IMG/VR virus record: IMGVR_UViG_2645727852_000004
DNA length: 64,000 nucleotides
Direction: 5' to 3' (one strand)
Origin: an uncultured virus (IMG/VR IMGVR_UViG_2645727852_000004)
Lineage: Duplodnaviria > Heunggongvirae > Uroviricota > Caudoviricetes
The translations under genes and the position numbers were made by a program. How positions within the stretch are numbered: the first letter of the stretch is position 1; every line of letters starts with the position of its first letter. Shown here one piece after another: positions 40,902 to 51,110 of the stretch. The notes beneath the pieces are model-generated. The model had not been told where the DNA came from. It did not search any database and saw only the letters and a program-made list of their open reading frames with translations.

Positions 40902-41348
40902 ATGAAAAAGGTAATTTATGCTCTGTTAGGTGCAACTTTGGTTACTGGTATATCAACAAGCGCATTTGCAGAAGAGGCAAACAAAAACCTTCAAGAACTT
41001 ACTCCTGTTGTAAAGCCTATGGCAACTTTTTATGATCGTGAACCAAACAACACTGAAGCAACTGCTAATCCTTTCATTCTTGGACATGAAATTGAAGGAA
41101 CCTTAGATGACGGTGATTACCACGACTATTATAAGTTTGTTCCTTCAGAAAATGTTACATACACTTTACAGTTATCAGCACGAGGTGGCACAGATATTAG
41201 AATGTTTGTTTCTGGCAATGAATGGAGTTTTACAGGATGGCCGGGAGAGGAACTTACACTGCAGTTTAAGAAGGGACAAACCTATTACATTGACGTTTAT
41301 AAGAATAGTACTGATGAAGCTATAGATTATAGTGTTTTTACCTATTAA
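40902..41348 (+). CDS. Secreted PPC-like protein
   Basis: Signal peptide AFA; EPNNT...GTL...DYYKF. Confidence 0.7.
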   Translation: MKKVIYALLGATLVTGISTSAFAEEANKNLQELTPVVKPMATFYDREPNNTEATANPFILGHEIEGTLDDGDYHDYYKFVPSENVTYTLQLSARGGTDIRMFVSGNEWSFTGWPGEELTLQFKKGQTYYIDVYKNSTDEAIDYSVFTY

Positions 41349-41554
41349 AAATTAGTGAAGAAAGCTACTCTTTGGAGTGGCTTTTTCTTTTGCGTAACGT
41401 TACAAACGAGCTAGTAGAAATACTGAACAATTCGATAATTTTAGGGGGCGGGTCAATTTGACCCTACCTAGTGGCCGTTCCGAGGGAGCGGTCCTTTTTG
41501 TTGCAGGAAAATATCTCCTTTCGTCGAATGGTGTTGATGGGAGGTGGTAAAGCT

Positions 41555-41671
41555 ATGCCGGATCTTAGTCTTGAGCAAGTAGGTCAGCTAATGGACATAG
41601 TGAAAGGGTGTCTAACCTTGTTGGCGCCTGTAACAGCGGTAGCTATTCTCGTTAATTTAAAATGGCGATAA
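41555..41671 (+). CDS. 38-aa hydrophobic peptide
   Basis: RBS GGAGGTG; followed by a terminator. Confidence 0.5.
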   Translation: MPDLSLEQVGQLMDIVKGCLTLLAPVTAVAILVNLKWR

Positions 41672-41888
41672 GTCACTCTCCAGAGTGGCTTTTTTATTAT
41701 CCATTTCCGTTATTGTTTATCCAAAAAACGTACTTTGATATCCATTTTCCGTACTTTAGTAGCCAAAAAGCGTACAATTCAGTGCAGTACTTGTGAATGG
41801 TGTTCGGAAAATACCTTTAGCAGGATATAAAAAAGAGGGGTGTGTTATGCTGGGCGCAGGGAAAGATAAGCGAGGCCGTTCCAAGGGA
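41671..41888 (+). repeat. Terminator plus late promoter module B, copy 1
   Basis: Near-identical to 45677-45935. Confidence 0.85.
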
Positions 41889-42038
41889 GTGGTCTTTCGT
41901 TATGTACTTTGATTTCATCAACGCTGCAATCATGAAAAAAAAGGAATATAAAAACCCGAATAATAGACTTGATTAAATGTCTATCACTCGGGTTGTAAAA
42001 TTCAATAGTGAGCTAGTAATCGAGTATAAAGAACGCTT

Positions 42039-42350
42039 TTATTTTTTTGCTTTTGAATAAACCGGCATACCATCATCATCCGCATATAAAAGCATGTAAC
42101 CACCAGCTACATTTTGCAACTCTGTTTCGTCTAATTCATACTCATTTCCTTTTAAGTCTGGAAGTACAACAGTTAAATGTGCACCAGCATTATCAACTAC
42201 CTGTAGTTTGAACCCTTCAGGTAAATCTACGCCAATTACTTGTTTAACAGCACTTGATGGACTCTCTAACGCGATCTTACGAAACTCTGCATCCGTAGAT
42301 GCTTTATCTTGAAATTGTTTTATTGCCTGATTTAATTTTTCGTTATTCCA
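42039..42350 (-). pseudogene. NHLP-leader RiPP precursor lacking an in-frame start codon
   Basis: KASTDAEFRKIALESP...VVLP...ELDETELQNVAGG plus a 19-aa core; RBS GAGGAGG upstream. Confidence 0.8.
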
Positions 42351-42823
42351 TTTTTATATTCCTCCTCTTACTATTTGGAATTTATACATTGATTGTAATG
42401 GGAAGATGTATATGGAACTGTAATTCAAACTACATAATTATTCATTTTTTATTAAGATCATATTTTGTTAATATACGTTAGCTTAATCAAGCCACTCCAC
42501 AAAGTGGCTTTTTCTTTTGCGTAACGTTACAAACGAGCTAGCGAAACAGTGTAACAAAACAGTTGCCTCATCTAATGCCGTTTCGCTAGCTGGCTTGTAA
42601 TGTTAAAACTTTGCGTTACAGACGTAACAGAATAGAGCATAAATAGCTAAACACAGGAACATTCTAAGGTGGATTTTTTAAATTGAAGTAAATGTATTTA
42701 AAACAATTAAATTAAATATATTTACATTTTTGTAATATTTTAATATATTTTTCTGTTGAAGTTTATCATTTGTTGGTATATTGTGGGTTTTGTAGGAAAA
42801 ATTATGAAATGGAGGTTTGTAAG

Positions 42824-43318
42824 ATGAAAAAAAGCTTCGTACTCAAAAAAGGCGCTATTGTTTTATCTACATTAGCAGTTACTGCTGGAATAACGGTACC
42901 TTCAGCAGCATTTGCAAATGAAGTACAACCTCAACAATTATCAGCAGTAGTAGAACCTGCAGCGGTAACCTCTAGTGAATATAATTATACGTACGATTGG
43001 CAGGAAAGAGATGCTTCGAGACGCCCGAGCTTTCCTTTTAGCACCTATAGGGATGGGGTTGTTAAATTTGCAATAAAACAGCTTAGTAGCGAGCAGTATT
43101 ACACAGATGTATCATATAGGATTCTAAAGGATGGACAAGAAGTTACTCATTTTGATGTAATAGGAAATTACTCTGGTGATAGAACATATTACAACGATAT
43201 TTACTTAGACTATGGCCACTATGAAATACAAGTAATTAATTTCTCAAGAAAAGGCGGACCTGGTGAAGGAGATCCTGCTCTTACTGATGGACTAATCCAG
43301 ATTAAAACACAACAATAG
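42824..43318 (+). CDS. Secreted hypothetical protein
   Basis: RBS GGAGG; signal peptide AFA. Confidence 0.7.
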   Translation: MKKSFVLKKGAIVLSTLAVTAGITVPSAAFANEVQPQQLSAVVEPAAVTSSEYNYTYDWQERDASRRPSFPFSTYRDGVVKFAIKQLSSEQYYTDVSYRILKDGQEVTHFDVIGNYSGDRTYYNDIYLDYGHYEIQVINFSRKGGPGEGDPALTDGLIQIKTQQ

Positions 43319-43590
43319 TAAAGCAGCCTTTATAGTTTATTGTAATGGAAACAGAAAAAATATTGAAAAACGAAGCATCCCAATTCGGGGTGCTTTTTAT
43401 TTTGCCTCGGAGGTGGGTGGTGATGTAGATGGCAAAAGGTAATCGAAGTGGCCGTTCCGAGGGAGCGGTCCTTTTTGATTAACTTCATAAATTTGTATAT
43501 GTAGAAAAAATTTATATTATTATATAAAAATATGGAATTAAATTCCGATAACAGAAAGTGGAAACAAATCTAATACAGGGAGTGGTTTTT

Positions 43591-44082
43591 GTGAAAATAT
43601 TCAAAAGAGCAGCTTTAGCTTCTACTTTATCTGTACTAGCATTAGTCTCACCTGCACAAACATTTGCAAGTGAGCAACAAACTACCCAGCCAGCAATGAT
43701 AAAAGAATCCGATGTAAAGCAATCGGTACAGCAGATTACTCCAAGTAGTATTTATGATAATGCAATAGAATTTAAAGAAGGTTTAGAGGGAGTGAAAGGT
43801 TATATTCGTAATAAATACGAAACTCCTCAGTTTTTTAAAGTGAAATTTGATGCAGATGGGATAAAAGATGGACTGAAGTTCTTCAGCATTAGCGGAGATG
43901 AAAATCATCGATACAAAATTTTTGTTTATGATGAAAAATATTTAAGTGTAGGCGATAGAGAAAGCGATCAGGACATAGTTCTTTTTAATACAAAAGCTGA
44001 TCAATGGTACTATGTAGAAGTCCGTCAAATACCAGGATATTCATATAGTAGTAAACCGTTTACAGTAATGGCTGCACGTTAA
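43591..44082 (+). CDS. Secreted hypothetical protein (PPC-like)
   Basis: GTG start; signal peptide TFA; WYYVEV. Confidence 0.7.
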   Translation: MKIFKRAALASTLSVLALVSPAQTFASEQQTTQPAMIKESDVKQSVQQITPSSIYDNAIEFKEGLEGVKGYIRNKYETPQFFKVKFDADGIKDGLKFFSISGDENHRYKIFVYDEKYLSVGDRESDQDIVLFNTKADQWYYVEVRQIPGYSYSSKPFTVMAAR

Positions 44083-44207
44083 GTTTTAGGCAAGGTCGTA
44101 ATGACCTTGCTTTTTCTTTTGCTTTAAAAATTCGGTAATAAAAAAAGAGGGGCATACACCCCTATGCTTCCTTCGCTATATTCTTTTCTATGTAGCAATG
44201 TGGGCAA

Positions 44208-44325
44208 CGGGCTTTTGTGTTACATATGTTACATTGTGAGTCATATGTAACTTTGTGTTACACGTATTACGATTTTTGCGGGAGAAGATCGAGGCGTGTT
44301 ATGCTGGACGCAGGGAAAGATAAGC
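44208..44325 (+). repeat. Late promoter module A, copy 2
   Basis: Near-identical to 39393-39511. Confidence 0.85.
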
Positions 44326-44413
44326 GAGGCCGTTCCAAAGGGGAGGTCTTGTTGATAAGATTAGTAAGAATTTTGCTTTTCCTTCCGATAATTAGGATAA
44401 AAGGAGGGATATA

Positions 44414-44995
44414 ATGGGTTACATTTTGATTATTATAGTGATTGTTGTTTTTATAATAAGTGCTTTTTCTATAGATAAAATTTTAGAAAATACTATAGCC
44501 ATACAAATTAAAGAGAAAAATGAGGAGTTTATTAATAATTTCTGGGAAAAATACTATAAGAAAGACAAAGCTAGTATTCGTAAAGATTTACTAAGAGCAT
44601 ATAGTAAAATAGATAATGAACTTACAGGTAGCATCAAGGATAAAAAATTGACTTTGGATGATTTAAACAAGATGCAAACTTTAGCGGTTGTTCTTATAGA
44701 ATCTAATAAGTCAGTAATGACTATTGCTTCTATAGGTATAACATTATTAGCAGCTTTTTTAGGTACTATAATTGCTGCTTCATTTCAAGGGTCAGAAACG
44801 AAACCCTTTGATCATCAAGTTAATGGTGTAATCATTTGGGTTGTGTATATTATAGCTGTAATGGTGTTTTTTATAAGAGCGCTTAATAAAAATAAAGCAA
44901 AAATAGAGCGTGCTACTTTAATCCAACAATTAGTCGAAGAAAAAATTAAAACATATCACCTAAATCAAAAGCACGTAGTTGATAAAAAGTTATAG
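44414..44995 (+). CDS. AT-rich three-TM membrane protein
   Basis: RBS AAGGAGG; three hydrophobic segments. Confidence 0.7.
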   Translation: MGYILIIIVIVVFIISAFSIDKILENTIAIQIKEKNEEFINNFWEKYYKKDKASIRKDLLRAYSKIDNELTGSIKDKKLTLDDLNKMQTLAVVLIESNKSVMTIASIGITLLAAFLGTIIAASFQGSETKPFDHQVNGVIIWVVYIIAVMVFFIRALNKNKAKIERATLIQQLVEEKIKTYHLNQKHVVDKKL

Positions 44996-45323
44996 GTATG
45001 TTTTTTATTGCAAAAATTTGGCGTAATTTTGGCATGAAAATGGCGTGAGATTGACACGCAATTTGGTGATAGGGGTGTTATGATGATAGTGTCAGAAGAT
45101 AAGCGAAGGGGTCGTTCCGGGAGAGCGGTCCTTTTTTATGACCATAGTTAAAAATGATGATGGTATAAATGCTCATATGGAAAATTACAGGTTTGTAGTT
45201 TGGGTAACAGTTTTATCCTGCTTACCTTGTTAGAATAACTTCATCAAGATTCAAGGAACAATACTTATAACTTTTAAGTCGTGCTTGAATTTTGATGAAT
45301 ATAACCGAATGATATAAAAGGAG

Positions 45324-45656
45324 TTGCTAATGATGAAAAAGAAACTTATTGGCGGACTTATGATTGCCACCATGGCATTTTCTAGCGCTGGAGCTGTATC
45401 TGCTGCAAATATTGGAAATTTAAATGGGATGGATTTAAGTAATATGGATATGGATACAGCTTTAAAGTTTGTCCAATCACAACGAGAGCAGCTGTCAGGT
45501 TCTCAATTACAAAATCAAATAAACAACGCTCAGCAAATGGATATGTCCAGGTTTCAAAGTTTTCCGAGTAAGCGTAACGAAGCATTTGATGTGATGGTGA
45601 ATTTTATTAAAAGAATGGAGGATAGTAGAAATTCAATTATCGGTAATATGCGCTAA
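45324..45656 (+). CDS. Secreted protein with Bsp22-like termini
   Basis: Signal peptide; QMDMSRFQS...KRNEAFDVMVNFIKRMEDSRNSIIGNMR. Confidence 0.6.
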   Translation: MLMMKKKLIGGLMIATMAFSSAGAVSAANIGNLNGMDLSNMDMDTALKFVQSQREQLSGSQLQNQINNAQQMDMSRFQSFPSKRNEAFDVMVNFIKRMEDSRNSIIGNMR

Positions 45657-45676
45657 TGTAATTTGAAAGCAAATAT

Positions 45677-45935
45677 AGTCACTCTCCAGAGTGGCTTTTT
45701 TGTTGTCTATTTTCGTTATTGTTTATCCAAAAAACGTACTTTGATATCTATTTTCGTTATTGTTTATCCAAAAAACGTACTTTGATATCCATTTTCCGTA
45801 CTTTAGTAGCCAAAAAGCGTACAATTCAGTGCAGTACTTGTGAATGGTGTTCGGAAAATACCTTTAGCAGGATATAAAAAAGAGGGGTGTGTTATGCTGG
45901 GCGCAGGGAAAGATAAGCGAGGCCGTTCCAAGGGA
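45677..45935 (+). repeat. Module B, copy 2, with internal ~41-bp tandem duplication
   Basis: Matches 41671-41888. Confidence 0.85.
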
Positions 45936-46310
45936 AGTAGCCTTTTTTGTATTAAAGTAAGCCAGAATATGAATTAAAGGAGCGGAGCCGTAAAGCTGTG
46001 CTTTTTTCGTTGGTAGAAAACAAGGGAGGCGGACACGTTTGGAATTTAAAGATGCGGTTATAGCAATCATTTCACTGGTTGATCTAAATACATTAAGGAA
46101 GAAGCAAGGTAAAGCGGTAGCTAGAAGGTAGCGGCTCCCTTAATAATACATACATGGTGTAAGGATGGAGTTTCCTTTGCGCTTTAAAAGTTAGTTTACA
46201 AAATAGGTATTGCTTTACATTCTTGACATTTAAAGCGGTGTGAATTAGCGGATGCTATATTTGGATCAGTAATTTGAATAAAAAAGATATAGAAAAAAGG
46301 AGTGTAAAAA

Positions 46311-46565
46311 ATGAATCAAACAGTAATTAAGTATCATGGAAGTCAGGCTGTAGAAACAAGCGTGGCGAATCAGGAACTTGTTCCAGCAGGATACCAATTT
46401 ACAAAAATGTCATTGGAAGTAGACCAAGACTGCCATGTGCGTGTAAATGGCCAATCCCTCTTCATTCGTGCGGGCCGTGTATTTAACACTGAACCAACTG
46501 ATCCGGCAATCACAAGTTTTGTTGTTGTGGATGAGGGTATTACATTTACTTGGATTGCAGTTTAG
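46311..46565 (+). CDS. Hypothetical beta-rich protein
   Basis: RBS AAGGAG. Confidence 0.7.
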   Translation: MNQTVIKYHGSQAVETSVANQELVPAGYQFTKMSLEVDQDCHVRVNGQSLFIRAGRVFNTEPTDPAITSFVVVDEGITFTWIAV

Positions 46566-46581
46566 GAAGGAGGAATTAACT

Positions 46582-47049
46582 ATGGGTTTTATTGAAAATA
46601 CTAAGGGTGGTTCTAGTGTTCCTGTTGGAGCTGTAATGCACTTTACAACTAAAAATCCTCCCAAAGGATGGTTGAAAGCAAATGGGGAGGCTGTTTCCCG
46701 TACTCAATATGCAGATTTGTTTACTGTAATCGGCACAACCTTTGGTAATGGTGACGGTTCTACTACATTTAATCTTCCGGATCTTCGCGGGGAGTTTATC
46801 CGTGGATTTGATGATGAGCGTGGAGTTGACAAAGAGCGTATATTTGGAAGTTGGCAAGAAGATGAGTTAAAATCACATAATCATAACCTTGCTTATCGAC
46901 TTCGTAGCGGAGAACAAGGGCCTCTTAATCAATGGGTTGCTGAGTCCTTTAATGGATCAGGGTATTATGACAAAAATAAAATAACACAAACTGGTGGATA
47001 TGAAACACGTCCACGAAACGTTTCACTTCTAGCATGTATTAAATACTAG
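46582..47049 (+). CDS. Tail-collar domain / fibre-tip protein
   Basis: PVGAV...GWLKANG...FNLPDLRGEFIRG...HNH...ETRPRN; RBS AAGGAGG. Confidence 0.88.
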   Translation: MGFIENTKGGSSVPVGAVMHFTTKNPPKGWLKANGEAVSRTQYADLFTVIGTTFGNGDGSTTFNLPDLRGEFIRGFDDERGVDKERIFGSWQEDELKSHNHNLAYRLRSGEQGPLNQWVAESFNGSGYYDKNKITQTGGYETRPRNVSLLACIKY

Positions 47050-47185
47050 GTTAAAAAACATATTTATTAGAGAACTGAGTAAATTTAACTTACTACCTAA
47101 CACGGAATAGGTTTAGGAGTTGTAACTACTCTATAGCACCCATGTGGTGCTTTTTTATTTTGCTTTGGAGGTGAGGTGATATGTA

Positions 47186-48106
47186 ATGGCAAGAGCAAGA
47201 AGCCCAAACAGAGATAAAGCGTATAAGATGTGGAAGGACAGTGGCGGAGAAATGAAGCTAAAAGATATCGCTGATAAATTAGGCGTTTCTGCTTCTCAAA
47301 TCCGCAAATGGAAGAATGAAGATGAATGGGAAAAAGGATTAAATCCCAATAGTAACGTTACTAATGCGAAAGGTAACGTTACTAAACAAAAGCAACAAAA
47401 AGAACGTACTCCAAAGCAAGACGTAATTGAGGCGGATGAAAGCGAGGAGCTCACTGAGAAACAAAGGCTTTTCTGTCTTTATTACGTCAAAACGTTCAAT
47501 GCTACTCAATCAGCTATCAAAGCAGGTTATGCGGCGGATAGTGCTCATGTAGAGGGTAGCAGGTTGTTAAGAAATGCTAAGGTTTCAGCACATGTCCGAA
47601 ACCTAAAAGCAACATTAACAGGCGAAATATTCCTTGAGGCGTTGGACGTTCTTAAAAAGTATGTAGCGATTGCTTTTGCTGATATTACAGACTTTGTTAC
47701 GTTTGGTCAAAAGGAAAGGGAAGTCATGGGGATGTTTGGCCCTGTTGTAGATAAAGAAGGAAACCCTGTAACAGAGATCGTTAATTATGTAGACTTTAAA
47801 GATTCATCTATGGTCGATGGGACGATTATTACCGAGGTTAAGCAGGGCAAAGATGGCATATCTGTAAAGCTTGCCGATAAGATGAAGGCGCTTGATAAGC
47901 TGTCCCTGTATTTTGATTTGTTCCCAGATCAATTCAAACGGCAAATTGAACAGGAGAGACTACAAATCGAAAAGGAGCGGCTTGAGGTATACCGGCAACA
48001 AAATGCACCATCTAAAGCGAATAAAGCTACTGAGAACTGGGTGGATTCACTTCATCAAATTGCCGCTCGCCGCCGCAAGCTAAAAGAAGGTGGCGGCAAT
48101 GAGTAA
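47186..48106 (+). CDS. Terminase small subunit
   Basis: MARARSPNRDKA, LTEKQRLFC, NATQSAIKAGY. Confidence 0.92.
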   Translation: MARARSPNRDKAYKMWKDSGGEMKLKDIADKLGVSASQIRKWKNEDEWEKGLNPNSNVTNAKGNVTKQKQQKERTPKQDVIEADESEELTEKQRLFCLYYVKTFNATQSAIKAGYAADSAHVEGSRLLRNAKVSAHVRNLKATLTGEIFLEALDVLKKYVAIAFADITDFVTFGQKEREVMGMFGPVVDKEGNPVTEIVNYVDFKDSSMVDGTIITEVKQGKDGISVKLADKMKALDKLSLYFDLFPDQFKRQIEQERLQIEKERLEVYRQQNAPSKANKATENWVDSLHQIAARRRKLKEGGGNE

Positions 48107-49508
48107 CCGACCGTATAACGTACTGGTTGATATTATCGATGTGTACTGGGATGACCCGGTAGCATTCGCAGAGGATATGCTCGACTTTTATCCGGATGAG
48201 TGGCAACGAAATGTATTAATGGACTTGGCCAATCATCCGAAAGTGAGCGTCCGGTCCGGTCAGGGTGTTGGTAAGACCGGCCTTGAAGCAGTAGCTTGCA
48301 TATGGTTCCTTTGCTGTCGTCCGAATCCAAAGGTTGTATGTACTGCACCATCTAAGGAACAGCTTTTCACCGTTTTATGGGCGGAAATAGCGAAGTGGCT
48401 TGAATCCTCCAAGGTGAAAAACCTTTTGAAATGGACGAAAACTCGTGTCTACATGATGGGACATGAGGAACGATGGTTTGCTACAGCTCGTACCGCTACA
48501 CGCCCAGAGAACATGCAAGGCTTCCATGAAGATTACATGCTGTTCATTGTGGATGAGGCGTCAGGTGTAGCCGATCCGATTATGGAAGCTATTCTCGGTA
48601 CGTTAACCGGTGCTGAAAATAAGCTTCTTTTATGTGGAAACCCAACGAAAACAAGTGGTACTTTCTACGATTCACATAACCGTGACCGGGAACTCTATAA
48701 AACGCATAAAGTATCAAGCCTGGACAGCCCACGTACAAGCAAAGAAAACATTCAAATGCTCAAGCGGAAGTATAACGAAGGAAGCGACCCTTGGCGTGTA
48801 CGTGTGCTTGGGGAATTTCCGAAGGCGGAGGCAGATGCTTTTATTCCGCTTGAATTTGCGGAGGAAGCAAAGGCTTCTGGGGTAACGCCAACCGGGAATA
48901 CATTGCATATTGGGGTAGACGTAGCCCGTTATGGGGATGATGAAACGGTCATTGCTCCACGTATTGGCGGAAAGGTATTCGAATTACAGTGTTATCACAA
49001 ACAAGGGACCACGGTAACCACTGGCTGGGTGTTGGCCACCGCCCGCGAGTACATGAAAATGTATCCTCAAATTCGAAAAGTATTTATTAAAGTCGATGAT
49101 AGCGGAGTTGGTGGCGGTGTAACTGATGAATTAGAAGAAGCTGTCTATGAGCAGGAACTTCCGTATACGATTGTCCCAATTAATAACGGTTCAACAGCAG
49201 ACGACAATGAACACTATGAGAACAAGGGTACAGAGTGTTGGGGTATCCTTCGTGAAGAATTAGAAAGCTCGTTCTCTAAGAAAATACGTGGTGAATCGGT
49301 TGATATCGAACTTCCAGACGATGAAAAGCTAATTAAACAGCTAACATCAAGGAGGTATCGAATGACGTCTAAAGGTCGAATTATGCTTGAGCGTAAGGAA
49401 GATATGAAACGACGCGGCCTTGAATCTCCGGACCGTGCCGATGCTGTAGTATTATCGCTTGCTACCGTTGAAGAAACAGGATTTTACGTCATCGATCGCC
49501 CGATATAG
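48099..49508 (+). CDS. Terminase large subunit
   Basis: RSGQGVGKT, IVDEA, GVDVAR, SPDRADA. Confidence 0.93.
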   Translation: MSNRPYNVLVDIIDVYWDDPVAFAEDMLDFYPDEWQRNVLMDLANHPKVSVRSGQGVGKTGLEAVACIWFLCCRPNPKVVCTAPSKEQLFTVLWAEIAKWLESSKVKNLLKWTKTRVYMMGHEERWFATARTATRPENMQGFHEDYMLFIVDEASGVADPIMEAILGTLTGAENKLLLCGNPTKTSGTFYDSHNRDRELYKTHKVSSLDSPRTSKENIQMLKRKYNEGSDPWRVRVLGEFPKAEADAFIPLEFAEEAKASGVTPTGNTLHIGVDVARYGDDETVIAPRIGGKVFELQCYHKQGTTVTTGWVLATAREYMKMYPQIRKVFIKVDDSGVGGGVTDELEEAVYEQELPYTIVPINNGSTADDNEHYENKGTECWGILREELESSFSKKIRGESVDIELPDDEKLIKQLTSRRYRMTSKGRIMLERKEDMKRRGLESPDRADAVVLSLATVEETGFYVIDRPI

Positions 49509-49518
49509 GAGGGGTGTT

Positions 49519-51102
49519 ATGTTCCAGAAAGTATGGGGCTGGATTAAAGGCTTATTCAGCCGTAGGAAAGGAGGGGATGTAGAAGTGGGGACTAAATGGG
49601 ATGAAAAGACCGAAATCTTAGCTAAAGATGAATGGGACAAGCTGAAAAAGATTCTATCTGAGCACCGTGTTTTATTAAATGAAGTGGAGAAAGCACAGGA
49701 ATATCATGACGGGGAATTCAAGATACTGAAGCGTAAGCCAAAGAGGAAGGATGACCCGAATCATCGTTTAGCACCAAACTATGCCAGCTTAATCATCGGC
49801 ATGAAGTCAAGTTATATGTTGGGTATTCCTATTGCGTATGATGTTCCAAAAGGGATTCTCATGCAGAAAAAACGAAATGAAGATGTTCCAGAAGAAGTGT
49901 TCGAACAATATAAAGAAGAGTTTATGGAAGTGACAGAGGAAAATGACGACCATGCTGTAACAATGGAAGCCATGAACGATGGACTGATTGCCGGCGCTGC
50001 AACGGTCCTTTTTTATTTCAATGATAATTGGGACATCAAGTATCAAGTATACACGTTCAACGAATGTATTCCCGTTGTTGAAGGCAGGGAATTAAAACAG
50101 GCCATCCGCACCTATAAAAATGAGGACGGAATAGAATGCATCGAAATTTATGACTCACAAGCGGTTACCTATCTTATCAAGGATGAAGAGCAATACAAGA
50201 AGGACCCGTCCAAAAAAGTGAATCCTGCAGCTCATCATCTTCCTGTTGTTCCTGCGGCTGTATTCATTAATGGTAAGAAGGCAAAGCCACACTTCTCCCG
50301 TATCGCACAAGGGGTATCCGAGTTAGGTCCGGATGTTCGCTCCATACTGGATGAATACAGTCGTATTGTAAGTGACAATGCAAATCGTATGGATGTATTC
50401 TGCGACCCATACTTAAAGCTCATTGGTGCGCTACCCAGTACTGATGATGTAGATGAAATGCGTCGAAGACGGGTAATCGCTATGAAGGCCAAACAGGGGG
50501 ATCAAGCAGATATCGGATACATTGAGTATTCTCAAGAAAGCGGTGGGATTGAGGCGCATGCTACTCGTATTCTTGATGACTTGTTTCAAACAACCAGTAC
50601 ACCAAAGATATTCAAGTCAGAAGCGGTCGGCAATCTTTCTTCTGTAGCTATCAGGCAGCTATACACGCCGCTGGATAACGAAGCGAACGAGAAAGAAACC
50701 TGGTTAAACAAATTCATTCGCCAAAAAGTCATTGTCATTACGATGATGCTGAATGTGCGTAATGCTGTACAAGCCGGTATAGACCCGGCCACACTTTTTT
50801 CTAGCGAGAAACCACCTGATATGCCTATCTATGATTGGCGGTGGATGTATTGGGATGTGAAACGCAACCTTCCGCAGAATGATAAAGAGCTGGCGGAAAC
50901 TCTTATCAAGTACAAAGGCACACTAAGTGAGCGCACTCTTCTAAAGCAGATTTCTTATGTAGAGGATGTAGATGAAGAGATGGCACAAAAACGACAAGAA
51001 GCATTAGACCAACCAAGGGTACCGCTCAATAACATTGATGGATACCTGGATAACTTAGATGCTAAGATAGCCGGTCGGAGTATGGACGACGATGAAACGT
51101 AG
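49519..51102 (+). CDS. Portal protein (SPP1-like)
   Basis: Position; GNLSSVAI, RNLPQND, SERTLL. Confidence 0.88.
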   Translation: MFQKVWGWIKGLFSRRKGGDVEVGTKWDEKTEILAKDEWDKLKKILSEHRVLLNEVEKAQEYHDGEFKILKRKPKRKDDPNHRLAPNYASLIIGMKSSYMLGIPIAYDVPKGILMQKKRNEDVPEEVFEQYKEEFMEVTEENDDHAVTMEAMNDGLIAGAATVLFYFNDNWDIKYQVYTFNECIPVVEGRELKQAIRTYKNEDGIECIEIYDSQAVTYLIKDEEQYKKDPSKKVNPAAHHLPVVPAAVFINGKKAKPHFSRIAQGVSELGPDVRSILDEYSRIVSDNANRMDVFCDPYLKLIGALPSTDDVDEMRRRRVIAMKAKQGDQADIGYIEYSQESGGIEAHATRILDDLFQTTSTPKIFKSEAVGNLSSVAIRQLYTPLDNEANEKETWLNKFIRQKVIVITMMLNVRNAVQAGIDPATLFSSEKPPDMPIYDWRWMYWDVKRNLPQNDKELAETLIKYKGTLSERTLLKQISYVEDVDEEMAQKRQEALDQPRVPLNNIDGYLDNLDAKIAGRSMDDDET

Positions 51103-51110
51103 GTGATGAT

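Noticed and set aside
44217..44414. 65-aa ORF
   Set aside because: Falls on the duplicated promoter module; non-coding.
39393..45942. Repeats as a CRISPR array or integron attC array
   Set aside because: Irregular gene-sized spacing, no cas genes, no attC core; the repeats read as promoters and terminators.
46582..47049. DGR template or shufflon cassette
   Set aside because: No reverse transcriptase, second copy or flanking inversion sites in the window.
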